Shown: piece after piece, positions 16,716 through 29,727 of the stretch
Numbering within the stretch: the first letter of the stretch is position 1
Layout: every line of letters starts with the position of its first letter
Assembly (NCBI GenBank): GCA_038128265.1
Contig: JAYPJE010000019.1
Coordinates: 10,937-74,936, forward strand
DNA: 64,000 nucleotides
Reading direction: 5' to 3'
Source: Gemmatimonadota bacterium
GTDB lineage: Bacteria; Latescibacterota; UBA2968; UBA8231
The notes under the pieces: model-generated
Database searches by the model: none
Seen by the model: the letters and a program-made list of their open reading frames with translations, nothing else
Told to the model about the DNA's origin: nothing
Program-made: the position numbers and the translations under genes

Positions 16716-17771
16716 ATCGATACTGTCACTCAACTCGCACTTGGCGCCGCCGTCGGCGAAGCCCTGCTCGGACGCCGAGCCGCACACCGTGCAGCGCTGT
16801 GGGGTGCGGCCGCCGGCCTGACGCCCGACCTGGACGTGCTGCTGGGCGCCTTCACCAGCGAGACAGTGCAGCTCGGCATTCACCGCGGCCTTTCGCACTC
16901 ACTGCTCTTTGCCGTTGCCGGCGGCCTGCTCGGAGGTAAGCTAACGGCGGCGCTGCATTCCCAACTAGACGTGCGCTGGCGCGACTGGGCTACGCTGTGG
17001 TTTTTGGGTTTACTCACTCATGCCCTTCTCGATTCCTTCACTATGTACGGCACGCAGTTATTCAACCCATTTAGCACCTATCCCGTCGCCTTTTCAACCA
17101 TCTTTATCATAGACCCGCTCTACACGTTTCCCCTGCTCTTTTTGCTTTTGGCTGCACTGCGCCACCCGCCCGACGCGCAGCGCCGGCGCCGGCTCAACGG
17201 CCTTGGCCTGACTATCAGCTCGTGCTACCTGTTGCTGACGGCAGCCAACAGTCTACACGTTCGGGCGACCTTTGCCGATGCCCTCAACAGTCGGAATATC
17301 CCCTACCAGCGACTCTTTGCGGCACCTACGCCGCTCAACAATCTGCTGTGGATGGGCATCGCCGAGTCCGACGATGCGCTTTACGTTGGGCTGTACTCCC
17401 TATTCGACGACAGGCCGCCGGACCGCTTTCGCCGCATTGAAAAAAACACAGCGCTGGTCGCTCCCTATTGGCAGCAGCGCCCGCTGCGCGCCCTGCGCTG
17501 GTTTTCGCGCGGCTACTACCACGCCCATCGCGAAGGAGACGATCTCTTTTTTAACGATCTGCGCTTTGGCCGCTCTGACATCTGGCTCGATGCCGATGGA
17601 GACTACATATTCTCTTTTCGACTCCTGCGCGACGCGCACGATGCCGATCTCATCGTCGACTTTGCGCAGCGGTCGCCTACTTTTGCCGCCCATTCGGCGC
17701 TGCTGAAGCGCTTTGCACGACGCATTGGCGGCGATGTCAGCGTCGTCGAATACGCGATACGCGAACACTGA
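16716..17771 (+). CDS. Membrane-bound metal-dependent hydrolase (YdjM-like); start uncertain (ATC at 16716 or TTG at 16656)
   Basis: (I)DTVTQLALGAAVG, PDLD, HRGLSHS, THALLDSFTMYGT, IIDPLYT, DLRFG. Confidence 0.82.
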   Translation: MDTVTQLALGAAVGEALLGRRAAHRAALWGAAAGLTPDLDVLLGAFTSETVQLGIHRGLSHSLLFAVAGGLLGGKLTAALHSQLDVRWRDWATLWFLGLLTHALLDSFTMYGTQLFNPFSTYPVAFSTIFIIDPLYTFPLLFLLLAALRHPPDAQRRRRLNGLGLTISSCYLLLTAANSLHVRATFADALNSRNIPYQRLFAAPTPLNNLLWMGIAESDDALYVGLYSLFDDRPPDRFRRIEKNTALVAPYWQQRPLRALRWFSRGYYHAHREGDDLFFNDLRFGRSDIWLDADGDYIFSFRLLRDAHDADLIVDFAQRSPTFAAHSALLKRFARRIGGDVSVVEYAIREH

Positions 17772-17791
17772 ACTAACCGGGAGAGCCCGTA

Positions 17792-20221
17792 TTGTATTAC
17801 CTCCTAATCGCCCTACTCGCTCCGAGCACACTGCTGGCACAACAGCCGCCTTACGGACTGGCCGAACGCCAAGCCAATACGTCGCTGCTGCTGGACAGCC
17901 CCGGCTACGCGCTGGCAGCTATGAAATTGGAGCGCGTCTTTGCCGATCTGCGCTTTTCCTCGTCGCTGCACCTGACCCACGCCGGCGATGGATCGGATCG
18001 CCTCTTTGTCGTCGAGCGCAGCGGCACGGTGCGCGTTTTTGCCAACAAAGAAGGTGCCCAGGCCAGCGTATTTATCGACCTGCGCGACCGGGTTCGCACG
18101 CCGTCCAGCGAGACCGGCCTGCTCAGCATCGCCTTTCACCCGCGCTACCGCGACAACGGCCTGTTCTACGCCTTTTACACCACCGGCGATCTCATTACGC
18201 GCGTTTCCGAATTTAGCGTTGACCCCGGTGATCCACAGCGCGGCAACCCATCCAGCGAACGCGTTCTGCTCGACGTGGAACAACCGGCCGGCAACCACAA
18301 CGGCGGGCAAATCGCCTTTGGCCCAGACGGCTACCTCTACATTGGACTAGGCGACGGCGGACGCGCCAACGACGTGTTTAAAAACGGGCAGGATCCCACT
18401 ACTCTGCTCGGCGCTATTCTGCGCATCGACGTCGACCAAAGCGAAGAGGACCGGGCCTATGCCATTCCGGCCGACAACCCCTTTGACGGTAGCGATGGGC
18501 GCCGGCGCGAAATTTGGGCCTGGGGCCTGCGCAACCCGTGGCGCTTTAGCTTTGACCGCAAAACGGGCGAACTATGGGCCGGCGACGTCGGCCAGAACGA
18601 ATGGGAAGAGGTCGACCTGATTGTGCGCGGGGGCAATTACGGCTGGAACACCATGGAGGGCACGCACTGCTTTAACCCATCCAACGACTGCGACCCTAGC
18701 GGGCTCGTGATGCCCGTTTACGAGTATAGCCACGGCATCGGGCGCTCCATTACCGGGGGCCACGTCTACCGCGGTCCACGCCTCATCCGCCTGCAGGGAG
18801 CCTACCTATACGGCGACTTTGTCGATCGCCAGGTCTGGGCGCTGCGCCGACTGGCCGACGGACGGGTAGAAAACCAGCTGCTCGCTCTCAGCCCATCGCC
18901 CATTGCCAGCTTTGGCGAGGACGAGCAGGGCGAGGTCTACATCGTCGGATTTGACGGAGCCATCTATCGCCTGGCAGAAGGGGACGACGCCGATCCGCCG
19001 GGCAATATTCCCGCGAAGCTATCGACTTCTGGCCTGTATGAAGACATGGCAACGCGCCGTCTGGCCCCGGGCATCATCCCCTACTCGGTCAACGCGCCGT
19101 TTTGGTCCGACGGCGCCGACAAGGAACGCTTTATTGCCCTTCCCGGCATGGAGCAGATAGAATTCACGCGCGACGGCCACTGGACCTTTCCCGCTCAAAG
19201 CGTGCTGGTAAAAAACTTTTATTTAGGCGAGCAGATTGTCGAGACGCGCTTCTTTGTTAAACGACCGACCGGCGAGGCCTGGGACGGCTACAGCTATATG
19301 TGGGACGGCGATGAGGCCACGCTGCTAACGGAAAGCGCTACGCGCACCTATTCGATAGACGGCCAGGAGCGCACGCATTACTTTCCGAGCCGCGCCGAGT
19401 GCCTGTCCTGTCATACGCCGCAAAGCGGCTACGTGCTGGGCGTCCGCACGGCTCAGCTCAATGGCGACCACCCCTATGCGCTAGCTACCGACAACCAGCT
19501 GCGCACACTCGACCACATCGGCCTGTTTACAGAGCGCATCGACGCTCCACCCGACGCCTTACCGCGCCTGCCGCGCTACGACGACGAACGCGCCCCCCTC
19601 GGCGAACGCGCGCGCGCCTATTTGGATGTCAACTGTGCGAGCTGTCACCAACCCGGCAGCAGCGGGCGCGGCGATATGGATATGCGCTTCTCCGCGCCGT
19701 TGGACGCCACCCGCCTTGTCGACGTGCCTCCGCTCTACGGCGATCTCGGTCTGTCGACACCGCGCCGCATTCGCCCCGGCCAGCCGCAAAACTCCACGGT
19801 GCTGGCGCGCATGCGCGCGCTCGACGGCCGCCGCATGCCGCCACTGGCCTCGCTGCGCGTCGATGCTCAAGGAACCCAGCTGCTGGCGCGCTGGATTGCC
19901 GAACTCGGCGCAACGGCCGTAGTTGAAAGCGAGGCAACGCCGGCTCGTCTCGCCCTCGACCAAAACTATCCGAACCCGTTTAACGCCAGCACTGAAATCC
20001 GCTATGCGCTGTCAAACCGTGGACACTTCTCCCTGACAATCTACGACGCCCTCGGCCAGCGCGTGCGCCAGCTCGCATCCGGCTACGCCGCGGCCGGTGA
20101 CTATACGGCGCATTGGGACGGCCGCAGCGACAGCGGGCGGGCGGCGGCCAGCGGAGTGTACTTTTATCGCCTGCGGCTGGATCAGCAAACGCGGGTCCAG
20201 CGCATGGTGCTGCTGCGCTAG
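17792..20221 (+). CDS. Secreted PQQ-type glucose/sorbosone dehydrogenase fused to a diheme cytochrome c domain and a C-terminal FlgD/T9SS-type-A-like domain
   Basis: GLLSIAFHP, NHNGGQIAFGPDGYLY, GLRNPWR, GNYGW; CLSCH and CASCH; LDQNYPNPFN...WDGR..SGVYFYRL tail. Confidence 0.85.
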   Translation: MYYLLIALLAPSTLLAQQPPYGLAERQANTSLLLDSPGYALAAMKLERVFADLRFSSSLHLTHAGDGSDRLFVVERSGTVRVFANKEGAQASVFIDLRDRVRTPSSETGLLSIAFHPRYRDNGLFYAFYTTGDLITRVSEFSVDPGDPQRGNPSSERVLLDVEQPAGNHNGGQIAFGPDGYLYIGLGDGGRANDVFKNGQDPTTLLGAILRIDVDQSEEDRAYAIPADNPFDGSDGRRREIWAWGLRNPWRFSFDRKTGELWAGDVGQNEWEEVDLIVRGGNYGWNTMEGTHCFNPSNDCDPSGLVMPVYEYSHGIGRSITGGHVYRGPRLIRLQGAYLYGDFVDRQVWALRRLADGRVENQLLALSPSPIASFGEDEQGEVYIVGFDGAIYRLAEGDDADPPGNIPAKLSTSGLYEDMATRRLAPGIIPYSVNAPFWSDGADKERFIALPGMEQIEFTRDGHWTFPAQSVLVKNFYLGEQIVETRFFVKRPTGEAWDGYSYMWDGDEATLLTESATRTYSIDGQERTHYFPSRAECLSCHTPQSGYVLGVRTAQLNGDHPYALATDNQLRTLDHIGLFTERIDAPPDALPRLPRYDDERAPLGERARAYLDVNCASCHQPGSSGRGDMDMRFSAPLDATRLVDVPPLYGDLGLSTPRRIRPGQPQNSTVLARMRALDGRRMPPLASLRVDAQGTQLLARWIAELGATAVVESEATPARLALDQNYPNPFNASTEIRYALSNRGHFSLTIYDALGQRVRQLASGYAAAGDYTAHWDGRSDSGRAAASGVYFYRLRLDQQTRVQRMVLLR

Positions 20222-20230
20222 AGCACACAG

Positions 20231-20270
20231 AAAAAGGGGTGCGTCCGCACTGCACGCGCGGCCACACCCC
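20231..20270 (-). terminator. Probable rho-independent terminator
   Basis: Minus strand GGGGTGTGGCCGC...GCGGACGCACCCC followed by T5, between convergent genes. Confidence 0.6.
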
Positions 20271-20300
20271 CGACACATTACCATCTCTGTAGGCGCTTGT

Positions 20301-21515
20301 CTACAGCAGCTTCCACGCCTTGTCGACGTCGCGCTGGTAGGCGTCGACCTTGCCCTTGAGCACGTCGGCGACCTTCACTACTTGGCCGCTCTTGCCCGAC
20401 TCGTAGACCGCTTCGCTTACCGCCTTGCTGCGCAGCCCTTCCTCCACGTCAATTTCCACCGGACGTCCCTTGCTCAACGCGTCGATAAAATCCCACAGTT
20501 CCAGCGTAACGCCACCCGTAATGCCATAGGGAAAGAGCTGCTCCCTCCTCCGCGAACTGAGCGTATCCAAGTAGAGGGTTTGCAGCTTCGGCATGTTGAA
20601 GGTCGTGCCGTCGAGTAGCTGGCATTCGCCGGCGGCCTGAAAAGCAGCCGGATGAAAAATATCTGAATCGATAATAGATCCCTTGGTGCCCGACATCGTC
20701 AGCTGCGTAAAGCCCTTGCCCGGAGCGCTAATGGTCCACGACCAGGTGCCTACCAGCCCGCTCTTGAAGTTGAAGATACTCGTCCAAAAATCTTCCTGCG
20801 CGCTATCGACGACCTTGTTGCCCTTTTTGTGCGGTCGCTTGTACATATGCTCAACGCGCGCATATACGCTGTCTATTTCGCCAAACCAGTAGCGCATGGT
20901 GTCAACCCAGTGCGCACCGCTGTCCATAACCATGCCGCAGCCGCCTAGCTTGCGATCGATGCGCCAGTGCCAGTTGGGCACGTTTTGGGGATCCTGCCAG
21001 CCCGCGCGAATGGCCCACCACATTTTGGGTTCGCCCAGCAGGCCATCGTTAAACGCCCAGTGGATCGTGCGCTGACCAATGGCGCGGCGGCACTGTTCAG
21101 CGGTAGCGGCTACTAGCCCACGCCGTTTGGCGGTTTGGGCTATTTTTTTGCTGGCGCGCACCGTGACGCCGATCGGCTTTTCACAGAGCACGTTAACACC
21201 GCCATTGAGCGCTTCACACGCCAGCACGTGATGCAGGCCGTGCGGACTGCAAATATCGATGCCATCTACCCTCACACCGCTGTTGAGCAGCTGTTCTAAC
21301 GTGGCAAAGGTAGCCACGTCCCAACCGGCGTTTGCCCGCAGGCGATCGGCAAAGTGCTGCGCGCGCTCCAAGGCTTCATCAACGCAGGCTACGATGCGGA
21401 AACGCGTCTCGCCCTTGCTGAGCAGCTCTTCATAGCCGTTGAGATGTGCGCCGGCCATGCCGCCGCAGCCGACCATGGCTAGGTTGATCACCTTGCCCTT
21501 CTTCTTTGCTGCCAT
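20301..21515 (-). CDS. Gfo/Idh/MocA-family oxidoreductase
   Basis: MVGCGGMA, CSPHGLH, VLCEKP, GMVMDSGAH; ATG 21515 with GAGAGG RBS. Confidence 0.88.
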   Translation of the reverse strand: MAAKKKGKVINLAMVGCGGMAGAHLNGYEELLSKGETRFRIVACVDEALERAQHFADRLRANAGWDVATFATLEQLLNSGVRVDGIDICSPHGLHHVLACEALNGGVNVLCEKPIGVTVRASKKIAQTAKRRGLVAATAEQCRRAIGQRTIHWAFNDGLLGEPKMWWAIRAGWQDPQNVPNWHWRIDRKLGGCGMVMDSGAHWVDTMRYWFGEIDSVYARVEHMYKRPHKKGNKVVDSAQEDFWTSIFNFKSGLVGTWSWTISAPGKGFTQLTMSGTKGSIIDSDIFHPAAFQAAGECQLLDGTTFNMPKLQTLYLDTLSSRRREQLFPYGITGGVTLELWDFIDALSKGRPVEIDVEEGLRSKAVSEAVYESGKSGQVVKVADVLKGKVDAYQRDVDKAWKLL

Positions 21516-21706
21516 TGCCAAACCCCTCTCTCAAATAGGTTGATTTGCGAGCAATATAGGACAAAGGGTAGACACCCTCAATCCACACATATACCCAAGT
21601 ACACGCCGACCGACACTCCGGCATTGGCAGCCCAGTTTTGTGTAGTACGGCAGCAGCGCTATATTACCCACCCATCTCCAGCTACCCACCTGCCGAGGGC
21701 CATATA

Positions 21707-22456
21707 ATGGATATAAACGCAGCCAAACGCGATTTCGACGAGCATGGCTTTGCCGTGCTACGCGGCTTTATGGATGCCGATGAGATTGCCCAAGTCAACG
21801 CCGAAGTCGACCGTTATATAGCTGAAAAACTACCCCAACTGCCCGAAACGGCGGGCTTCTACGAAGATAAGAACGACCCCTCCACGCTGATGCGCCTGCA
21901 AAATATGTGCGACCACGATCCCTTTTTTCACGCACTCTACTACGGAGAACGCATGATGGAGCTGTGCGCTCAGCTGATGGGCCAACCGGTGCGCGGTAAA
22001 AATTTGCAGTGGTTTAACAAGCTGCCCGAGCGCGGCAGGGAAACGCCCCCACATCAGGACGGATTCTACTTTATGCTCGAACCCAACGAGGCGCTGACGC
22101 TGTGGCTATCGCAGGACTGCGCCGACGAGGAAAACGGCTGCGTGCGCTACCTGCCCGGCTCGCATCGCCGCGGCATGCGCCCGCACCAGCGCACCAATAT
22201 ACTGGGCTTCTCACAGGGCATAACGGACTATGGCGAGGACGATCTGTGCGGCGAGGTCCCCGTCTGCACGCAGCCGGGCGATCTGATCGCTCACCATTCG
22301 CTGACGGTGCACCGCGCCGATGCCAATCCCAGCGCACGGGCGCGGCGCGCCCTGGGCTTTGTCTACTTTGGCGAGTGCGCTACAGAAGATGCCGAGCGCG
22401 CAGAAGCCTACCGCCAGAAGCTGTATGCCGAATGGGAAGGGGAGGGAAAGCTATAG
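21707..22456 (+). CDS. Phytanoyl-CoA dioxygenase family (Fe/2OG) protein
   Basis: FDEHGF, TPPHQD, ENGCVRYLPGSH, HRADAN.S..RR. Confidence 0.88.
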   Translation: MDINAAKRDFDEHGFAVLRGFMDADEIAQVNAEVDRYIAEKLPQLPETAGFYEDKNDPSTLMRLQNMCDHDPFFHALYYGERMMELCAQLMGQPVRGKNLQWFNKLPERGRETPPHQDGFYFMLEPNEALTLWLSQDCADEENGCVRYLPGSHRRGMRPHQRTNILGFSQGITDYGEDDLCGEVPVCTQPGDLIAHHSLTVHRADANPSARARRALGFVYFGECATEDAERAEAYRQKLYAEWEGEGKL

Positions 22457-22465
22457 CGCTACCGC

Positions 22466-22840
22466 TCAGGCAAACCCGCCGCGCCGCGGCAGGCGAAACG
22501 CTCCCTGCTGAAACCAGCCCCAGCCAACGTAAACCATGGCGCACACGACGGCGATTTTTATCGCCAGCAGTATCGCACCAAATAGACCGACGACCGCGCC
22601 AAGCACCGCTTTTGCCCCAATAGCCAGTCCGACGAGCACGGCGAGTACGCCAGCAACCTTACCCAACGCGCTCTCTCCGCTCAGCCAGCGCGTCCCCAAA
22701 TAGAGTACGCCGACGGCCAGTGCGATCATGGCGACGAGCACGCCGGCAGCGAAAAACCCGCCCAGGACGGGAAAGATCAGTTCAATCGCCAGAACGGCGC
22801 CCCAAATGACCAGCACTATTCCCAGTATTTTGGCCAACAT
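22466..22840 (-). CDS. Hypothetical 4-TM membrane protein downstream of pspA
   Basis: Almost entirely hydrophobic; GGGAG RBS before ATG 22840. Confidence 0.65.
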   Translation of the reverse strand: MLAKILGIVLVIWGAVLAIELIFPVLGGFFAAGVLVAMIALAVGVLYLGTRWLSGESALGKVAGVLAVLVGLAIGAKAVLGAVVGLFGAILLAIKIAVVCAMVYVGWGWFQQGAFRLPRRGGFA

Positions 22841-22882
22841 AACGCATTCTCCCAATCCAATTGACCGCCTCGTGGCGGTCGT

Positions 22883-23587
22883 CTACTGATTGACTTTCGC
22901 GCGCATCGACGCCAGCTGTTCATCGACGCGCCGTTCGGCTTCCAACGTTTCCAACGCGCGTGCCCGCGCGTCTACTGCCGCCCATTCGCACCGGGCTTCG
23001 GCTTCGGCTTCGACCGCCATCGCCCGCTCTTCAAAACGTGCAACATCGCGCTCGCATTCGCGCACGCGCTCTTCGATATCAGCAAAGCGCGCGCGCACGA
23101 CCTCGGCCCCCTCAACGCCGGACGCAGGCCCTCTCATTGGCGCCCCAGTGCCCATGCGCAGGCGCAGCGCCTTCTCGCGCTCTTTGGCCTGCTCCAAACG
23201 CGCATGCAGTCCGTGTAGCTGCGCGCGCAGCTGAGCGGTCATTCCTTCACGCTCTGCGAGCGCTAACGCCAGTTCTTCACCGCGCTGAACCAGCTGTGCC
23301 TTCTTGACCAACAGCAGCCGCGCCGCCGCCTCGTCGCCCTCGGCTAGTGCCCCTTCGGCCGCGCGCTGGCAGTCGATTATGCGCGCCTCGTTCGCCGCGT
23401 GCTCCTTGCTTAATCGTCGTTCGCCCGCAGTGGCTTGTCCGAGCCCGACAACTGCGCGTTCCACGCACGCTTCCATATCGCGCACAGACTGCGCAACAAG
23501 CTTCTTTGGGTCTTCAATGTGCTCGAGAAACTGGCCGAACTCTGCACGACAGATTGCGGCCATGCGGGTCAATGCACTCGGTGACAT
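22883..23587 (-). CDS. pspA: PspA/IM30-family protein
   Basis: IEDPKKLVAQSVRDME, ALAEGDEAAAR..L.KK, long coiled coil, VDEQLASMRAK; AGAGGAG RBS before ATG 23587. Confidence 0.85.
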   Translation of the reverse strand: MSPSALTRMAAICRAEFGQFLEHIEDPKKLVAQSVRDMEACVERAVVGLGQATAGERRLSKEHAANEARIIDCQRAAEGALAEGDEAAARLLLVKKAQLVQRGEELALALAEREGMTAQLRAQLHGLHARLEQAKEREKALRLRMGTGAPMRGPASGVEGAEVVRARFADIEERVRECERDVARFEERAMAVEAEAEARCEWAAVDARARALETLEAERRVDEQLASMRAKVNQ

Positions 23588-23632
23588 ATTCACTCTCCTC
23601 TGCTACGGGTTGGTCGTTCCGCAGTGGGACAG

Positions 23633-23648
23633 TGCAACCTCCGTGCCA
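23633..23648 (-). promoter_or_regulatory. Sigma-54 (-24/-12) promoter of pspA
   Basis: Minus strand TGGCAC-GGAGG-TTGCA, an exact match to TGGCAC-N5-TTGCW, 46 nt upstream of the pspA ATG. Confidence 0.85.
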
Positions 23649-23734
23649 ACCTTTCCAGCGCGCCGTTCGCCCAGAAAGAGGGCGCTTTTACGGCAGAATG
23701 CGAATGGCATACTCTATATCCGACGCTGTCCACC

Positions 23735-23748
23735 GGCGGAATTCGCCA
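23735..23748. promoter_or_regulatory. Putative enhancer-binding-protein (PspF-like) upstream activating sequence
   Basis: Pseudo-palindrome GGCGGAATTCGCCA about 90-100 bp upstream of the -24 box. Confidence 0.45.
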
Positions 23749-24479
23749 ATCCGATGGCCGCGCGCGCCAACGCCCTGCACCCGCTTGGTCCCCTTAATTT
23801 GAGTCGCGCTCCGCCCAATAGCGCTCTTCTAATAGCTCAACGCCGCGTATGGAGTGACGGTACCAGTCTAGCCGCAGTGCATCTTTTTCTCTTTCGCCCA
23901 ACGACCAGGGCACCCCCTGCACGCGCATCTTGGCCGAGAGTTCGCGCAGCGTTAGCGCAGCGCACACGGAAAGGTTGAAACTCTCCGTGAAGCCGTACAT
24001 GGGTATGCGCACATAGGCATCGGCGGCCGCCAGCGCGCGCGCACTCAGGCCGGTCTCCTCCGTGCCAAAGAGCACGGCTAGCGGTCTGTCTACCGGCACT
24101 TCTTCCAACAGCAAGTCGTCGCGGTGCGGCGTCGTGGCAAAGAGTCGATAGCCGCCTTCCTTGAGCGCGGCCAGGGCCCGCGCCGAGTTATCGACGCCCT
24201 CATCGCGATAGCGGTGCAGCGTAAGCCAGTGCGATGCCCCTCTATCGACGGCTGGATTGAGGTTATACTCGTTGCGATTCTCTATGATGTGCACGTCCTG
24301 CACGCCGAAGCACTCACAGGAGCGCAGGACCGCCGAGGCATTGTGCGGTTGGTAGATATCTTCCAGCGCGACCGTCAGCCAACGCGTGCGCTCGCCCAGC
24401 ACCTCTTCCATGCGCTGCTGGCGGCGATCCGTCACAAAGTCGCGCAGGTGCGCCAGCAGTTGGCCTTGCTCGTTTGCGT

Positions 24480-25622
<1,143 letters not shown>

Positions 25623-25688
25623 TGAATCTCCTCGCGACGCGTTACGCACTGCGCCGTTGCGTTCGACTGTTCGTGCCGATCCGCACGC

Positions 25689-27715
<2,027 letters not shown>

Positions 27716-27897
27716 ATACCAACTCCCATCGCCTTTCAGCGCGTTGGGCCACCCCGTAGCGGCGGCCGTTTACAATAGTGCTTTACGCGCACCAAAACAT
27801 AGAATTAAGCGGCGAACCGTCAAGAATACTTGACGCAGGAGCACCGGGACTTTTCGTTAATCGATACGCACCCGTTTTGCATTGGAGCATGCTCACT

Positions 27898-28578
27898 ATG
27901 TGTGGACGCTTTGCCCTCTACCACGACCGCGCTACGCTGGCCGAACACCTCTACGTATGCGATATCGCCGTTGAATTTCAGCCGCGCTACAATATAGCCC
28001 CCACGCAGGCCGTCGCCGCCGTTTTGAACCCACCCGAACGGAGCGAGCCCGTGCTCGATGCGCTGCAGTGGGGCCTAGTGCCCTTCTGGGCCAAGGACGA
28101 TCGCATCGGCAGCCGCATGATAAACGCACGCGCCGAGACAGTCGCAGAAAAACCCGCTTATCGCGCAGCCTTTAAGCGCCGTCGCTGCCTGCTGCCGGCC
28201 AGCGGCTACTACGAGTGGAAAAAGCAGGAGAACGGCAAGACTCCGCACTACATTTCCATGGCCGATGGACGCCCCATTGCAATGGCCGGACTGTGGGAGG
28301 AATGGAACTCACCCGAGGGGGAGCTGCTTCACACCTGCACGATTATAACGACCGAAGCAAGCAAGCGCGTTGCACCGGTGCATCACCGCATGCCTGCCAT
28401 TTTGGACGACGCATCTCAGCGCCGCTGGCTGGAGACCGATCCGGACGAGCGAGCAGCCCTGCAGGCCCTGCTCGTACCCTACGACGGCGACGATCTGCAG
28501 TTCTATCCGGTGTCTACTCAGGTCAACGCCGCGCAGTGGGACGATTCCGCCTGCATCGAACCCGTCCTCAACGGATAG
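27898..28578 (+). CDS. SOS response-associated peptidase (SRAP/HMCES/YedK family)
   Basis: Diagnostic MCGRF start (Cys2), RYNIAPTQ, WGLVP, INARAET, YYEW, HHRMP. Confidence 0.92.
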   Translation: MCGRFALYHDRATLAEHLYVCDIAVEFQPRYNIAPTQAVAAVLNPPERSEPVLDALQWGLVPFWAKDDRIGSRMINARAETVAEKPAYRAAFKRRRCLLPASGYYEWKKQENGKTPHYISMADGRPIAMAGLWEEWNSPEGELLHTCTIITTEASKRVAPVHHRMPAILDDASQRRWLETDPDERAALQALLVPYDGDDLQFYPVSTQVNAAQWDDSACIEPVLNG

Positions 28579-28668
28579 CCGCATCCCTCGCACGCAGCGC
28601 ACGGCCAATTGAATTTTACCGCGTACTTATTATCTTACATAAACATTCCTTAACGCTAACGTCATACG

Positions 28669-29673
28669 TTGGGAGTAGCGTTCGTGCAGCCGAATAAGCT
28701 AGAAGTCATCGCCGATATGGAGGATTTTGTCGAGGGTCAGCTCCCCATGCTCAAATCCGTCGAGGAGAGCTGGCAACCCAACGATTTTCTCCCCGATATG
28801 ACCAGCGAAGGCTGGCGGGAATCCCTGGAGGCGTTTCGCGCTGCCTCCGCCGCCGTGCCCGACGACGTGCTCGTCGTGCTGGTCGGCGATATGGTCACGG
28901 AAGAAGCGCTGCCCACCTACCAAACGCTGCTCAATAGTTTCGAAGGCGTTTCCGATCCCACGGGCGCAAGCGACAGCCCTTGGTCGCGCTGGTCGCGCGG
29001 TTGGACGGCCGAGGAAAACCGCCACGGCGACCTGCTCAACCGATATCTCTACCTGACCGGACGCGTGGACATGCGCGCGGTAGAAGTCACCATCCAACAC
29101 CTAATCCGCAATGGATTTGACCCCGGCGCGCATCAGGATCCCTACAAGGGCTTTGTCTACACTTCGTTCCAAGAGCGCGCTACGCGCATATCGCATCGCA
29201 ACGTCGCGCGACTGGCCCAGCGCGCTGGCGACGATCATCTGAAGACAATCTGCGGCATTGTGGCCGGCGACGAAGCCCGCCACGAAAAAGCTTACACCGC
29301 CTTTATTTCACACATCTTCGACGTCGATCCCAGCGGTGCCATTCTCGCCTTCCGCGACCTGATGAAAAACCAAATCGTCATGCCCGCTCACCTGATGTAC
29401 GACGGCAAAGATCCCGACCTATTCGATCACTTCTCCATCGTCGCGCAGCGCATCGGCGTGTATACCGCTCAGCACTACGCCGAGATAATTGACCACCTAG
29501 TTAGCACCTGGTCGGTTGAAACCCGCACGGGCCTATCCGCTGAAGCAGCCGAAGCCCAGGAATTTCTATGCAACCTGGGCCCGCGCTATGCACGTCTGGC
29601 CGAGCGCTCACAGCGCAAATTGGACCAGAATGCATCCCTGAGCTTCAGCTGGATATACGATCGCGCCGTATAG
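28669..29673 (+). CDS. Soluble acyl-ACP desaturase (diiron; plant stearoyl-ACP / mycobacterial DesA type)
   Basis: WQPNDFLPD, TEEALPTY, WTAEENRHGDLL, FQERAT, DEARHE; GTG at 28684 is a better-spaced alternative start. Confidence 0.92.
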   Translation: MGVAFVQPNKLEVIADMEDFVEGQLPMLKSVEESWQPNDFLPDMTSEGWRESLEAFRAASAAVPDDVLVVLVGDMVTEEALPTYQTLLNSFEGVSDPTGASDSPWSRWSRGWTAEENRHGDLLNRYLYLTGRVDMRAVEVTIQHLIRNGFDPGAHQDPYKGFVYTSFQERATRISHRNVARLAQRAGDDHLKTICGIVAGDEARHEKAYTAFISHIFDVDPSGAILAFRDLMKNQIVMPAHLMYDGKDPDLFDHFSIVAQRIGVYTAQHYAEIIDHLVSTWSVETRTGLSAEAAEAQEFLCNLGPRYARLAERSQRKLDQNASLSFSWIYDRAV

Positions 29674-29727
29674 TGACCGCTCCCGGGCGGTCAGCGGCAA
29701 CGCGTTGAGTCTGGGAAGCAACAGCTG

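Noticed and set aside
27898..28578. SRAP gene as marker of a mutagenesis cassette or prophage
   Set aside because: It is flanked by galE and a desaturase, with no umuDC, imuABC or phage genes nearby.
29674..29692. GACCGC...GCGGTC hairpins here and at 22863-22880 as a REP-like family
   Set aside because: Only two short copies with different loops, which is insufficient to call a repeat family.
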